This document shows positions 50,140-62,464 of a stretch of DNA of 64,000 nt, piece after piece (position 1 is the stretch's first letter; every line of letters starts with the position of its first letter). Source of the stretch: Takakia lepidozioides. Its lineage: Eukaryota; Plantae; Bryophyta. The stretch lies in the NCBI GenBank assembly GCA_030704615.1, contig CM060731.1, forward strand, positions 15,128,001 through 15,192,000, given 5' to 3'. Both the position numbers and the translations under genes were made by a program. The notes beneath the pieces were generated by a model. The model searched no databases. It worked only from the letters and a program-made list of their open reading frames with translations, and had not been told where the DNA came from.

Positions 50140-53115
50140 CGGATACTGCCACACAATAGGTGTGGTGTCCAATGGAGACAACTGAGGTGGTCCTGGTGCA
50201 ATCCCCACACTCTCCTCCTCTCCTGACGGTACAAAAGCCTCCACCCAGGCTTGTTGCACCCGTCGATCAGCATCCCGCTGCAAATCCTTGCTTGTGCCCC
50301 ACAATGGAGTCTGAGCAACCATGGTAGGCAACTCCGCCATACCATACATGTCATCCTGCTCTCCCGGAGGTGGCACATCCTCTGAATGAGCGTTGCCCTC
50401 AAGCAACTCTCCAAGCCCACTCACTGCAGCTGTGAATGCTGCCAGTGTCGGCATCTTGCCTCGCTGGGCAACCGCAACTCCTCCTATGAACGTCACAGGG
50501 AGCTGCACACGCTGGCCCTCCCCTGACTGCCATCCAAGCCTATAGGAAGCTGACTCCTCCCAAAAATCCAGGGTGAAGCCCATGGGGTACAACACTGCCC
50601 CACCAACAAGAACATCGTATGAGACCGCGTCTGTCACAATGGCCTTGGCTCTCATCACTGAGCCATCTGTAGGATGATCCGGCTGTAGTCTGATAGCCAA
50701 CTCACGCCGTGTCAGGCCCCGAGCATGCTCTGATCCTCCCAGAGATGTTTGTATCTGGAAAGGGCACGGCTCCATATCCGCCTCCGTGAGGCCCAAGCCT
50801 GCAATAGCAGCTCTGCCCAACATCAATGGCAACAAGACTCGTAGTGGCCGATACCTCTTGTCTGCCGGTCCACTCAAACAGAAAATGTCATCCTGGTTGT
50901 CTAACATGACAACTCCAGGTGTCACCATGACTCGCTCAATGGCTGGCCTAGCTGGCAGCTCCATCAACCTAGCAGCTGCAGCTTGCCATGGCGCCGCTGT
51001 GGCAGTCTTGACCCTCAAATCCGAGGATCCCTCCGGCACTACACCTCCCACTATCTCCGTAGAAGATGAAGTAACCTCCTCACTTTCACAGAGTGTAGCT
51101 GCCAGCCTGAACATCTCAGCTGGTCTTACCCCCGGCGTCGCAATCATGGTAGCCGAGAACAATGGAGCCTGGCACACAGCTATGGCTGCCCCCAGCAGCA
51201 CACTAGCTGCCGTAGCCTTGGCAACACTAGGTAGTGGTGTTGCCCGTGTAGCTCTCCCCAATGGCATAGTAACCTCCGCCTCGGTAACAGTCGGGCAAGA
51301 ACTAGGTGCCATGGACGGCGTCGACACTGTCTCCGCCAATGTGAATGACTGAGGAAGCCTGGCCTGACGGCTTGCCTCCCCACGCTATGGATCCAACTCC
51401 ACCTCCGCACCTCGTGGCTCAGGAACTTGTGCTGCTCCTCGAGTCACTGCCGCAGCTGACTCCACTTGCACTAGTGGTAGTCCTGCCCCCAGTGGTAGTC
51501 CTGCCCCGCACATAGTGGTAGTGGTAGTGGCACCCCTCACTAGTGGTAGTGCTGCCCCGCACATGAATCCCATGCCTCCCAAGTCTCCTCCTTTAGGAGC
51601 AGGAGGTGGACCATCCGACCTTGGAGCCGGTACCACCTGAGCTGTGGCCATGGCAGCGAGCCTCTGCTCAAGCTGCTGAAGCCGGTTGGCCATGCCTTGG
51701 TCAACACCTTGACCTCCGCGTCCTTGGCCATGTTGAGCTTGCCCTTGGCCTGCACCTCGTGCTTGGCCACCTCGTCCTCTCTGGGCTGCTCCACCTCGCC
51801 CCCGGCCACCATTTTTCCCTTGGAACTAGCCTGGGCGCAACTCAGGATACAAACCATAGCACTGGGCTTCTCCATGCCAATACTTACCACAATGCCCACA
51901 CTGAAACTATGCAGGCTGTGCATGTGCCGGCCCTTTGCCTCCCTCTGGGCAATCCTTCTTGACATGGGGTCCTCCACATGTCCAGCACACCACATCCGCC
52001 CGTTGTTGGCCAGCAAATGAAGGGAGAGACCCCTGCATCTGAGGTCCTCTCTGCCCTTCCCTGAGCTTCACCTGAGCCCCCTTGTTGCCTTGAGCACGTT
52101 GAGGTAGTGGTTGGCTAGGAGCACCACTACCCCGTGGTGTCTCCTTAGCAAATCCCACCATGACCACTCGTTCCTCCACCATGTTGAGCTCTATCCGCTC
52201 TGCCAGCAAAAACACATTTGCTAAGGTGGGTTGGGCCGCTTGTAGGAGAGTTGCATCCCCCACCCTTCTCCTCAGCTCCTTGTCCAATATCCCATACCAG
52301 AATTGGACTGCTTGAGCTTCCGTAACCCCTTGGGTTACATTTATGAAGCGCCTCATGCAAGTGAAAGCCTCCCTCCAGCTCTCGGTCGGCCTTTGGAACT
52401 CTTACAAGCTCCGCAACTTCTCTGTCCTCACCCCTTGGTAGTTCCCTCTCAACTCTTCGAAGAACTCCACAATAGGGTTGAAGGCAGGCACGGGTACTAG
52501 TGCTGGTGCGGTACTGGCTTGGGTGGATGTCGTAGCTACTGTACCACCAGTCCCACTAGTCCCACTGCTGCTTGCTGAAGCTGTCGGTGCAGCGGCAGGT
52601 GTAGCCACTGCTCTCGTGGCTTTGGTGCCCCTAGTGATGGAGACATAGATGAGTGACCAGTACATCCTCCACTCCTCGATCTCAACCTCATGCCCCCGCC
52701 TGAACTCATGGTAATCATCCATAGGCGGCCCCTCAAGGTGCTGAAACAGCCCCTTCCATGCCATGAAATGCGTAAATAGTTGTGGATTGCGCATTTGCTG
52801 CAAATCACACCAACTATCAAACTCTTGGATAAAATCATCCAACTCGATGGTGCCTACCGCCCCAGAGTACCTTCGTGGCCCCTTGGTAGCTCCATACATC
52901 TCCTCCATTGTGTCCCACAACAATGGCAAGGAAACAACTTGCACCGCCGGTATGAGTCCTCCTGATTCACAATCCGAATCAGAATCTTCCGTAGAAGACA
53001 CCTGAGGTGAAGGTGGCCTAAACCGCACACCTCGTCTCGTGTACCCACTAGTATCGCTAGTGCTCGAACCGGCACTGTCCCCAGCAACTAGTGGCACCTC
53101 CGTGTTGACACTCAA
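50140..53115 (-). pseudogene. gag and protease region, copy 2
   Basis: Colinear with copy 1 gag-PR, with several stops; the DSGAQ motif is deleted at ~50830. Confidence 0.85.
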
Positions 53116-55834
53116 CCGGTCATGAACATGTCCCTAATCCCCTCTCCACAAGGTAACCGGGTAGAGAACCTATTGCGGCTTATGGTTTGGAATACTAAGT
53201 TCCTAACATAACCTACACCTGTACCTGCATCCACCGCAAGCACTCCTATGGTTGGCTGGTCATCACCTCCAACCTCACCACATGAGAAACAATGATGATC
53301 TGGTTGGTCATCACCCCAGCCTCACCATCGACAGCATGCTCTAAGACTGGCCGGTGATCAAATCCGGACCAATCACCTATAAAAACAAGCGCCCACACAA
53401 AACTAGCATGGCGCACAGTCAAGCATGCAGGTATGGAGGGGATCCAAATACAAGAAATTAGAACGACAACTCCCCCACACCAAAAAACAACTCCACGGTG
53501 TTGCTCCTGCAAGGACACCCCAGCCCAAACCCGGACTGACTCTTGCCTCCACCTACGGAAAGGTCTTGGCCTAATGAGAGGGTGGAAACTACGAGGAATA
53601 GAAGCTAAAGCAATGCCTAACCCCAGCATGCCCTCATCCCAACACTCTTCCTCTCCTCTCTTCCCTCACTTGCATGACCATGGGAATATCATGAAGATAC
53701 TCCTCAAACCGCCCTCCACGAGCTTCAAAATTCGGCCTTCAAGACCGCATGTCAGTCCTTAGGCAGTCCACCAGTGCCTCCACGAGTCAGCACAGGCTGT
53801 CCACAGGTCAACTCAGGCCACCACAGACCAGCACAGGCCCACACAGATCACTGGTCACAGCCGTCACAGCCCCACACAGGCCACAGCCCATCACAACCCC
53901 AAAGGCCACATGGCACAGCCTGTCACAGCCCATCACAATCCCAAAGGCCACAGGCACAGCCTATCACAGCCCTACAAAGGTCACAGGGTCACAGCCCCAA
54001 AGGCCACAGCCTGTCACAGCCCCTTACAGCCCTATAGGCCACAGGGCACAGCCTGTCACAGTCCTTCACAGCCCGTCACAGCCCCACAGGCTACAGGGCA
54101 GAGCCTGTCCCAGCCCGCCACAGCCTGTCACAGCCCCTCACAACCTGTTGAAGCTGCAATTCTGTAACGGCAACTTTCCAACATTTTTTGCCCAAAATTA
54201 CATTTGCAACGGAGTTTGTTGTCTTCCATTACGACGCCATATGAGTCTACACCAATTTTATAAAGGATTCAAGGTGAATATGTACCTCCAATCTTATGTA
54301 CACTAAATAACATTGTAATCCATACAAGCCTTCTCATATAGATTGTGATTTGTGATGCAAGTCCTCTGGTTGAGTTGAGGTTATAGAGCCTTTCTGTTCC
54401 TTCCAATCATTTAATGCCGAAATTGCCCCGAGAAGTGCAATACCTTCATTCTCTTTCACATGCCACCACTACAACAGATTGCGGCTTTTACGACTCTGTG
54501 TTATGACTGCAAATGCAGTTATGAAAGCCATTTACGACTTCATGACTCTACAGTCGTAAAACCCTAGTCAGTTGTGGCATGGCAGATATGACTTGCCAGC
54601 CTGGCTGTGACGTGGCGCCTGAGCAGCTGTGGGGGTAGTAATACACGCTGGCGTTACTGAATGACTGAACAGGTCCATGTCAGCCGCTGTGTAAGAGAGA
54701 CACGTGCTCTCTACAGAACACACCACGTGTCAGACTGCGACGCCATCCCGACTGCAGAGGAGGGAATTAGACGTAAGCACGTGTCGCATCGCGATTTTGA
54801 CACGTGGTTTCTCATATCAATTGACAAGCGTCGCTGTGGGGGTGTTGGGGATTTAATTTATTGTTATTATAATTACTATAATAATAATAATAATAATAAT
54901 TATTATTATTATTATTATTACTTTTGACCAACAGGGGACAGTGGCACATTATTAAATAACGAATTTTGAAATTATATTTTTAGATAAAATATTTATTCGC
55001 TCAGATACCAAAACACACCCTTCCGGGGAAGGAGAGTTTGCCTTGGTTCCTATGCTGAATTGCGTCTGCTACTCTTTGTAATCTAACAGGCATTCACCTT
55101 TTTGCCTCTGTTGTCCCACCATTGACTGGGGTTAGAAAAGTTCATTCCACAGCTTCTCCTCATCTCTGTTACCTGTTTATGGATACTTTCCTATTGTCAC
55201 TTTGGCAGTATCATGTCAAAGTCACTCCAAACTATCTACCATCTACCCATGACCATCTACCCATGCAGGTTTCTTGTAGCTATCCTTCCACAGGGAATCA
55301 TCGGTAATCTAGAGCTTGAAATCCGGCTCTCTTGGATGATCTGGACCCACACTCTATCCTTGCTCCTTCAGCTATCCATGCCTCTACATAGATCATGCAT
55401 ATATCCTTGCATTGCTGTTAGCAGCTGACAATGACAGCCTACATTTGTTCCAGCAAACACCCAACTCAACTTATCACACTAGTTCCTATTCTCAATTGCA
55501 TCTGCTACTCTCTATAATCCAACAGGCATTTACCTTTTTGCCTCTGTCCCTGCTCTTTCAGCTATCACTGCTTCTGCACAAATCATGCATACTTCCTTGC
55601 CTTGCAGCTGATAATGATAGCCTAGATTTGTTCTAGGAAACACCCAACTCAGCTTATCACACTAGTTCCTATGCTGAATTGCGTCTGCTCTCTATAATCT
55701 AACAGACATTAATTTTTTTCCCTCGGTTGTCCCACCATTGACTGGGGTTGGAAAAGTATTCATTCCACAACTTCTCCTCGTCTTCGTGACTTGTTTCTGG
55801 ATACTTTCCTGTTGTCACATTGGCAGTATCATGT

Positions 55835-56135
55835 CAAAGTTCAGATCGACATCTAGTACAATTCCAGCTTGGACGATGTTACCACGAACCTCTTTGCTAT
55901 TTTGCAGGGCTGCCAGGCTTGCACACATGTTGCAAACGTAACAAACGCGATGTGGTTGCACTGCAGTATCCCTTCCCACACCACTTGCTCATAGACCTCT
56001 CCAAAGGGCCTCCATCCCGCGCTGCTGTTGTGCATATCCTGGGATCATCATCCTCCATGCACCCCAATTTGGCATACAAGTCCACAAGGGCATAGTTCAT
56101 AACAACATTTGTTTAATTCCAGCTTGGACGATGTC
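55835..56135 (-). pseudogene. PLS-class PPR gene fragments carried inside the CACTA element
   Basis: Frameshifted peptides NVVMNYALVDLYAKLGCMED and ALQNSKEVRGNIVQAGIVLDV resemble PPR S/P and L motifs. Confidence 0.6.
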
Positions 56136-57642
56136 ATCACATTGGCAGTATCATGTCAAAGTCACTCCAACTAGATTCACTCAACCAGCTAACTTGCAGA
56201 ATTCAACATGAAAATTTAGGGCCGATTCTGATAAGAGGGGAAAATAGGGTGAAATGTGTTTCAGAAGGTGCCTTCATTAGCAGTGCTTGATTTTATCAAT
56301 TGTGCCGCTGCTGCTGCGGCTTCCAGTTGACCATCTACCCATGCAGGTTTCTTGTATCTATCCTTCCACAGGGAATCATAGATAATCTGGAGCTTCAAAT
56401 CTGGCCCTCTTCCACACTCTATCCCTACTCCTTCAGCTATCTATGCCTCTATACAAAATCATGCATACAACAATCATTCCAGCAAACACCCCCAACCCTA
56501 CTTATCAATGAACAACGAGCTAACTTACATAATTCAACATGCATCTCAGGGCCGAGTCTGATGAGAGGGCAAAACATGCTGAAATAGGTCGAAGAAGAAC
56601 CCATAGAGGATTTGACCGACCATCAGCCCAAAAGGACCTCTTGTGTGTACTGCTTGTGTCTTGTAGTCAGGTAATGTCGGATTGGTCTGTGAGAACTAGC
56701 ATGGTGCATATGAGCAGGCAGAGATTGAAACACGGTCTGCTAAGACCAAGCTGACTCTCCCAAGAACCTTGAAACATCAGGAAGAATACCAGGAGGTGGA
56801 AGGCTTCCGAGGAGGAAGACCTCCGGACGTCCACCCCAAGACACCAACATGCATCAGCTACAACCCAAAACAGCAGAAACAATACTCTAAAACATGTGGT
56901 GAACTGAATAGCTGACAATAGGCCACTTGCACAGGCAAAAGGACGAGTCTTCAAAAACCAAAATCCCCTTAACACAGCCTGACGGATCAGACCCCATCCA
57001 GCTTCAGTTGAAAATCATGATAAAACCTTCCTAGCAGCACTTCAAAAACTAAAATACAAGCCTTAGTACGACCATTCAAACAGGTGCCTACATACAAACA
57101 TGGAGGTCGGAAATGCTTACATCATCAATGTAAAAGTCCACGTCTGCATTTGAGAGTACACTGCCATCACTGTCAATCACATGCGTCTTGTGCTTGTATG
57201 TCAACAACGCCATCCTGCCAAATACATATGTATGTACATCAAAGTGCAGCCTTTCCAAGACATGCCAATAGTACAAATCTCCAGTCGTCATGATTTTGGC
57301 ATATCTCTCCCTCCCTCTCTAAACACAGACAGACCAAACTGGGCGCAGGGGTCTATGGCTATAGTGCTACGGCAAACAATGTCTAAAGCATACATTCTAC
57401 AGACACGGATGAGACGAGACTATTCTGCAAAGCTGCTACGGCCATAGCTCTAGCCAACTCCACTCTGGCCAGCCGCATCCTCCATCCACTCGTAGAAGGA
57501 TGTGCCATGAACTTTGGCGAAAGCACTTTCTCCACACATACCCTAACGTTTCTAGGGTTGATTGCTTCAGATGCGAAGGTTGCTCCAACTGCGGGCCTCC
57601 CATGCATGTTTGCCCTCAAAGTAACAACCCTACCCCTTTCTG

Positions 57643-57856
57643 ATTTTTTTTTCTTTTTTTTTTCTTTTCTTAAAGGAAACCACAGGCCCTTGAGGAGGGG
57701 GAAAAATTCACCCGCCTTCATTTAAGGGCCATAAGACCTACATGACGATCAACACCCAGACATACCGTCACGAACAATCCCACACACGGGATAAGGGCAG
57801 CGGGTTTGAACCCCAAACCACCAAGCCGACACACTGTGCCACTTACCAGTCGATGT
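57643..57856 (-). mobile_element. Possible tRNA-derived SINE inside the CACTA element
   Basis: Minus-strand A-box-like TGGTAAGTGG, B box GGTTCAAACC and an A-rich tail (plus-strand T run 57643-57670). Confidence 0.4.
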
Positions 57857-58326
57857 GTTTTTTTTTAAATCTTTTTGCACTTTGTTTTTTTTTTTGTTTT
57901 TTTTTAATTCATTCTAGTGGTCAGAGTCTCCGTTTTTTCAAAATATAAATACTCATATATTATATATATAACCAGAAAAGCATGTGTCGACACGTGCAGT
58001 CATGTAGTGATTCATCCATGTGATGATCTGGCAGATTGCATTAGAGTGAGAGTCATGAAGTCATATGTCTGTCTAGCAATATGTACACGTCATTCCAGTG
58101 TAGCCATGACCGTGACTGGTAGTCATATCTACCATGCCAATATTCGTGGTCAAACATGTTTGACCTGTGTTGCGCAGAGTCCGAAGCCATACAGTCGCAT
58201 ATACGCTTTTCCCAGACCTGCATTATGACTTCAAAAGCATTTTACGATTGCAAATGGCATTTCTACCACAAATCTGTCAAGACTGCGCACCCATGGGAGT
58301 CATAAAAACCGCAATCTGTTGTAGTG

Positions 58327-59065
58327 CACATGGCACAGCCTGTCACAGCCCTAAACAGGTCACAGGGGTCACAGCCCCTCACAGCCCGTCACAGCCCCAC
58401 AGGCCACATGGCACAGCCTGTTACAGCCCTACACAGGTCACAGGGGTCACAGCCCCAAAGGCCACAGCCCCTCACAGCCCGTCACAACCCCACAGGCCAT
58501 AGGCCACAGCCCCTCACAGCCCATCACAGCGTGTCACAGCCCGTCACAGCCACAAGCCACAGGGCACAGCCCACCACAGCCTGTCACAGCCTAGCACAGC
58601 CCCATAGGCCACAGGGCACAACCTGTCACAGCCCCTCATAGCCCGTCACAGCCCCACAGGCCACAGGGCACAGCCTGTCACAGCCCCTCACAGCTCGTCA
58701 CAGTGCCAAAGGCCATTGGGCACAGCCCGTCACAGCCCATCACAGCTCGTCACAGCCTGTCACAGCCCATCACAGCCCCACAGGCCACTGGGCACAGCCT
58801 GTCACAGCCCCTCATAGCCCGTCACAGCCCCACAGGCCACAGGGCACAGCCTGTCACAGCCCCACAGGCCACAGGGCACAGCCTGTCACAGCCCCTCACA
58901 GCCCGTCACAGCCCCACAGGCCACTGGGCACAGCCTGTCACAGCCCCTCATAGCCCGTCACAGCCCCACAGGCCACAGGGCACAGCCTGTCACAGCACCT
59001 CACAGCCCGTCACAGCCCCACAGGCCATTGGGCACAGCCTGTCACAGCCCGTCACAGCCCCATCC
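58327..59065. repeat. CACAG tandem array of the copy 2 leader (continues 53850-54148 left of the nested insertions)
   Basis: Same units as 38040-38680, with more copies. Confidence 0.9.
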
Positions 59066-60585
59066 ATGGCCACTCATGGCAGTTTAGCCATTTCTCCAAG
59101 GGTTTAGCCACGCCAAGCTAGGGTTTGTGTCTCTTGGACTCTAGGCTTTTTTGCACCGAGCTATGGCGGCTGTGAAGAAATCAGCAAGGTATTCTTGCTC
59201 TTTCGACTCCCACACACCACCAATAGTAGCCCTAAGCCATGAGGAAGATGGTTGCCACAAACCAAGCCTTATTTCTCACTTAGACTCCCCAAACACGCCA
59301 CTAAACTCAATGGCAAACAACCAAGCCTTGCTGGTTTCCAGCCCTTGTGAGCACTCATTCAAGCGTTTTCCTTGGCCATAGCATCTGTTTTAGAGCCTAT
59401 TCCAGCCCCGTACATCTGCCACTTCAAGAGCCATGCTCTATCTAGGCTTGAGGTTGAAACCCCAACTAAGAACACGCTCTACAAGTGTCGGACTGTCACA
59501 TAAGAGCAGATCAGCCCCTTACCTTCTCTTCTAGTTCTCTAAAGCTTGAAAACAAAAGCCCAATGGACTGAAGGCATGCTCCACACATGCCCCACTCTCG
59601 CCACAAGAGAATCAGCCCCTTTGCTTCTTTTCTTGCACCCACCAACCTGAAAATACAAGCTTCAGCGGGCTGGAAGCATGCTCCACACATGCCCTACAGG
59701 GAAACCAGCCCCTTCCTTCCTTTCTTGCACTCCCAAACTTGAAAGTACAAGCCTTCAATAGGCCGAAAGCATGCTCCACACATGCATTGCCCTCACATAA
59801 GGGAAGTCAGCCCTTCCCTCTTCCTTGCTTGCCCTCCAAGCTTGAAGATGGAAGCTTCAATGAACTGAATACATGCTCCACATATGCAACCTCTTCACAC
59901 AAGAGGTATCAGCCCCTATCTTGGCTCCTTGGCTCATTGATACTCTCTAAGACAAGACTAAGCACTCCACAGCCTTTGCCAAGCTCCTGAAACCCTAAGG
60001 CTTACATTTCCAGCCACAAGACACTCCTCTTGTGGTGCAAGAGCTCTTCTTCCAAGCTCTGAAACCCTAGGTGCACATTCCATTGTCTTGCCGCACCTCT
60101 TAGCTCCTGTTCCAGCCCTGCTCTTGCAACGACAAGAGCCCTCTCAATGCTGAAGCTCGAGATTGAAACCCAATCTCAACATACTCCACAAAGTGCACTG
60201 ATTTGCCCCAAGCCAAATCAGCCCTTTTGCTTGGTCTTGCAATCCTTCACACAATGAAAGCTCGCATTCCCAAGGCTAGTTCTCAGATTTGCCACCAAAG
60301 CCACTATAACCTGCTCTTGACTGGTCCTCTTCCCAATCGTGCTTGCTCATGTATGTACACAATCTGAAACCATCAAGGTGCTCTGGAATTACCTGCAGCA
60401 TGGTGCTTTCATCTCTGAAGCTGAAGATCGAATGCCAAGGTCTACCACCTCGTAACCCACATCGCCTCCGCTTCTAACAACCAAGAGCTCCACGGTGCTC
60501 CTTGCATAACAACCTGGTTTCTCTCATTCTCAAGCAAAAACCACAAGTGCTACAACTAACTCGTATTTGGCACTCACAGACACGA

Positions 60586-60601
60586 GCTCATCTTTCTCGA
60601 G
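60586..60601 (-). promoter_or_regulatory. Candidate self-priming primer-binding site
   Basis: Abuts the LTR end, does not begin with TGG, and is perfectly complementary to 60767-60782 inside segment B. Confidence 0.65.
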
Positions 60602-60928
60602 TGATAAAGAAGAAGAATACAAGCACAAGCTCATGCGAGCTCACAAATCTGAAGCATAAACTCATGCATATATAACCTCATCACTCAAATACAAGTCAAG
60701 CCAAGTGCAGCCCGCGCCATGGGGAATCCACACTACGGCGCCATAGCTAGGCGCGGTGAGGCTCAACTCGAGAAAGATGAGCCTCCCGCGCTTGCCGTGA
60801 AGATAACCACTCCAGGGCCTAAATCTGCCTTGACCCTTGGATTGACACTTGGGCCAATTCCAAATGTCAATATGTAAAAGCTAGCTATTTCCTAGCTAGT
60901 TTCACACTAGTGGTAAAATAACTTGACA
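60602..60928 (-). repeat. 5'-terminal segment B of copy 2
   Basis: Near-identical to 46234-46559. Confidence 0.92.
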
Positions 60929-62004
60929 GCTTGTCTATGGTGCAGGAGTACTTCTGAGAGGAACGGAACGCCTCCACCAATTTCAATCCCGCGTCATAAG
61001 TTGTCAGCAGGTAGGGCCGTCCTGTGGGTGATCCCAGCTCCGAGGGGACGCTGGAGCCCGAGAGCCATTTTTGCGAAACTCCATCATACTGCAAGTCGGG
61101 AACGTCAGAAAACCTCAACACAGGGAGCACTTGAACGAAAAACATTTTCTTGGATACTGACTGATGAATCCGAGATCCAAAATAGACAGCAGTTTCCGAA
61201 GATAAATCGAACAGGGGGAGGGAAGTGGCGAAAATCTCCCTGATTTTGTTGAGAATAAGCTCCAGCTTCTTCCCCGGAGCTAGGGAGAGAACATCCTTCT
61301 TTGTAATCCAAGCGGAGACAATTTTATTACTCCCTGAGATAAGAATAGAGGTTGCGCCTTCCGGAAACCCAAAAATGATGGGCGAGATGTTGATAGCCAC
61401 TGACTGGCCTCCCACCAAGTGAGAGGCATCCGGCAGGGCAACGTCTGCGAAGGATCTGAGTTGAAGAAAAAAGGAAGCCAAATTTCCCTTTCCCCCCTGA
61501 GCGGCCAACGGAAAGATGGCTGGGATATCGGCAGAGATCGGAGGAGGTCCCTGAGAGGGCGAAGATAGCAGGAACACCCTCGGGCTGATGGAGGAAGGAG
61601 AGAGGTCAATCCTTGCCCTCTTAGCCTGGGGCTGGGCTGGCAGAGTAACATCAACTCTCTTCAGGGACGACCCTCCTCGTAACCCCTGCATGTCTCGGGC
61701 ACCTGGAGCATCCATGAAATGAACAACGTTAGCTTTGGCCTTTAATAAAACCGGGCAATTCGATTTAACGTGGCCCTCAGCATTGCAGTGAAAACAGATG
61801 ACTGGAAGGACGATCTCTTGAACTTTAACTGTGACAAACGAGTTATCAAGAGTAGGGAGTTTAATAGAATTTGCAATGGGGGCAGCTTTAGGCATCATGA
61901 CCACTAGATGTGGTACTCCACCATCTCTGTGGGCTTCATAAGCATGCATATCGTTAGCACGGGAGACTGCATCCTCCTCCATGTAATCGTACACATTAGT
62001 ACAC
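60929..62004 (-). mobile_element. Same L1-type LINE, 5' part (ORF1 with zinc knuckle), separated from the rest by retrotransposon copy 2
   Basis: CFHCNAEGHVKSNC knuckle; the frame ...TIDK rejoins PLQSDDL... at 46040 when the insertion plus one TSD is removed. The 5' boundary is approximate. Confidence 0.85.
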
Positions 62005-62464
62005 AAGTATAATTATATTACTAACCGTGGTTTCTCTTATTAAAAAAAATAAACCATGTGAAAAACGTACTTGAAGTTATTGGAACTACTTAAAACCCTG
62101 ATAGTGCCATGAGACTTCCCAAAAAATAAGGAAAAATCGGTTTACACGAGCAAAACTTACATGATGTAATGACGGTCATTCTGGATCTATCTGTATAGGA
62201 AAAATAAAAAGAAAAAGGCTCTGCCCACGAAACTTCAAAGGTTTTGAAAAATAAATCACTTGTGCTCACCATAGCGTACCTTTGGAATAGTTTCACTGAT
62301 TCTCGATTCGTCTAGTCTAAGAATATATCAAATGTTCCTTTGTGCTCCCTAACCTCCATATTTGATAGGATTGTGGGGTCGGAAATTACCCGACAAGGCA
62401 CATTGCGACCTTAGGACAAGAGAATCGAGATAGGGACAGGTTTTTTTTCGGCCCTGGTGTCAAA

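Larger units (their letters stand above)
54467..58326. mobile_element. Non-autonomous CACTA (En/Spm) DNA transposon nested in the leader repeat array of copy 2
   Basis: TIRs CACTACAACAGATTGCGG / CCGCAATCTGTTGTAGTG, 3-bp TSD CAC and imperfect subterminal inverted similarity; no transposase seen. Confidence 0.92.
46045..60928 (-). mobile_element. Ty3/gypsy-type retrotransposon copy 2 with split-direct-repeat ends (B-internal-A-B-A), interrupted by a CACTA element
   Basis: Termini TGTCGTG...CTTGACA; 4-bp TSD GCTT (46041-46044, 60929-60932); gag, PR, DNMT, IN and PHD as in copy 1. Confidence 0.95.

Noticed and set aside
54870-54920. (AAT)n(TAT)n self-complementary tract that could form a cruciform
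   Set aside because: Simple microsatellite juxtaposition inside a non-autonomous TE, with no evidence of function.
30953-60928. DIRS/PAT/Ngaro tyrosine-recombinase element
   Set aside because: No tyrosine recombinase motifs were seen; an aspartic protease, an HHCC-DDE integrase, a PPT and 4-bp TSDs are present, and the methyltransferase is C5-cytosine type rather than the Dam-like domain of DIRS.
60921-60935. Target flank GACA-GCTTGTC resembling the internal palindrome, suggesting sequence-specific recombination
   Set aside because: The target of copy 1 (CTTT repeat) shows no such match and a true TSD is present; likely coincidence, though testable with more insertion sites.
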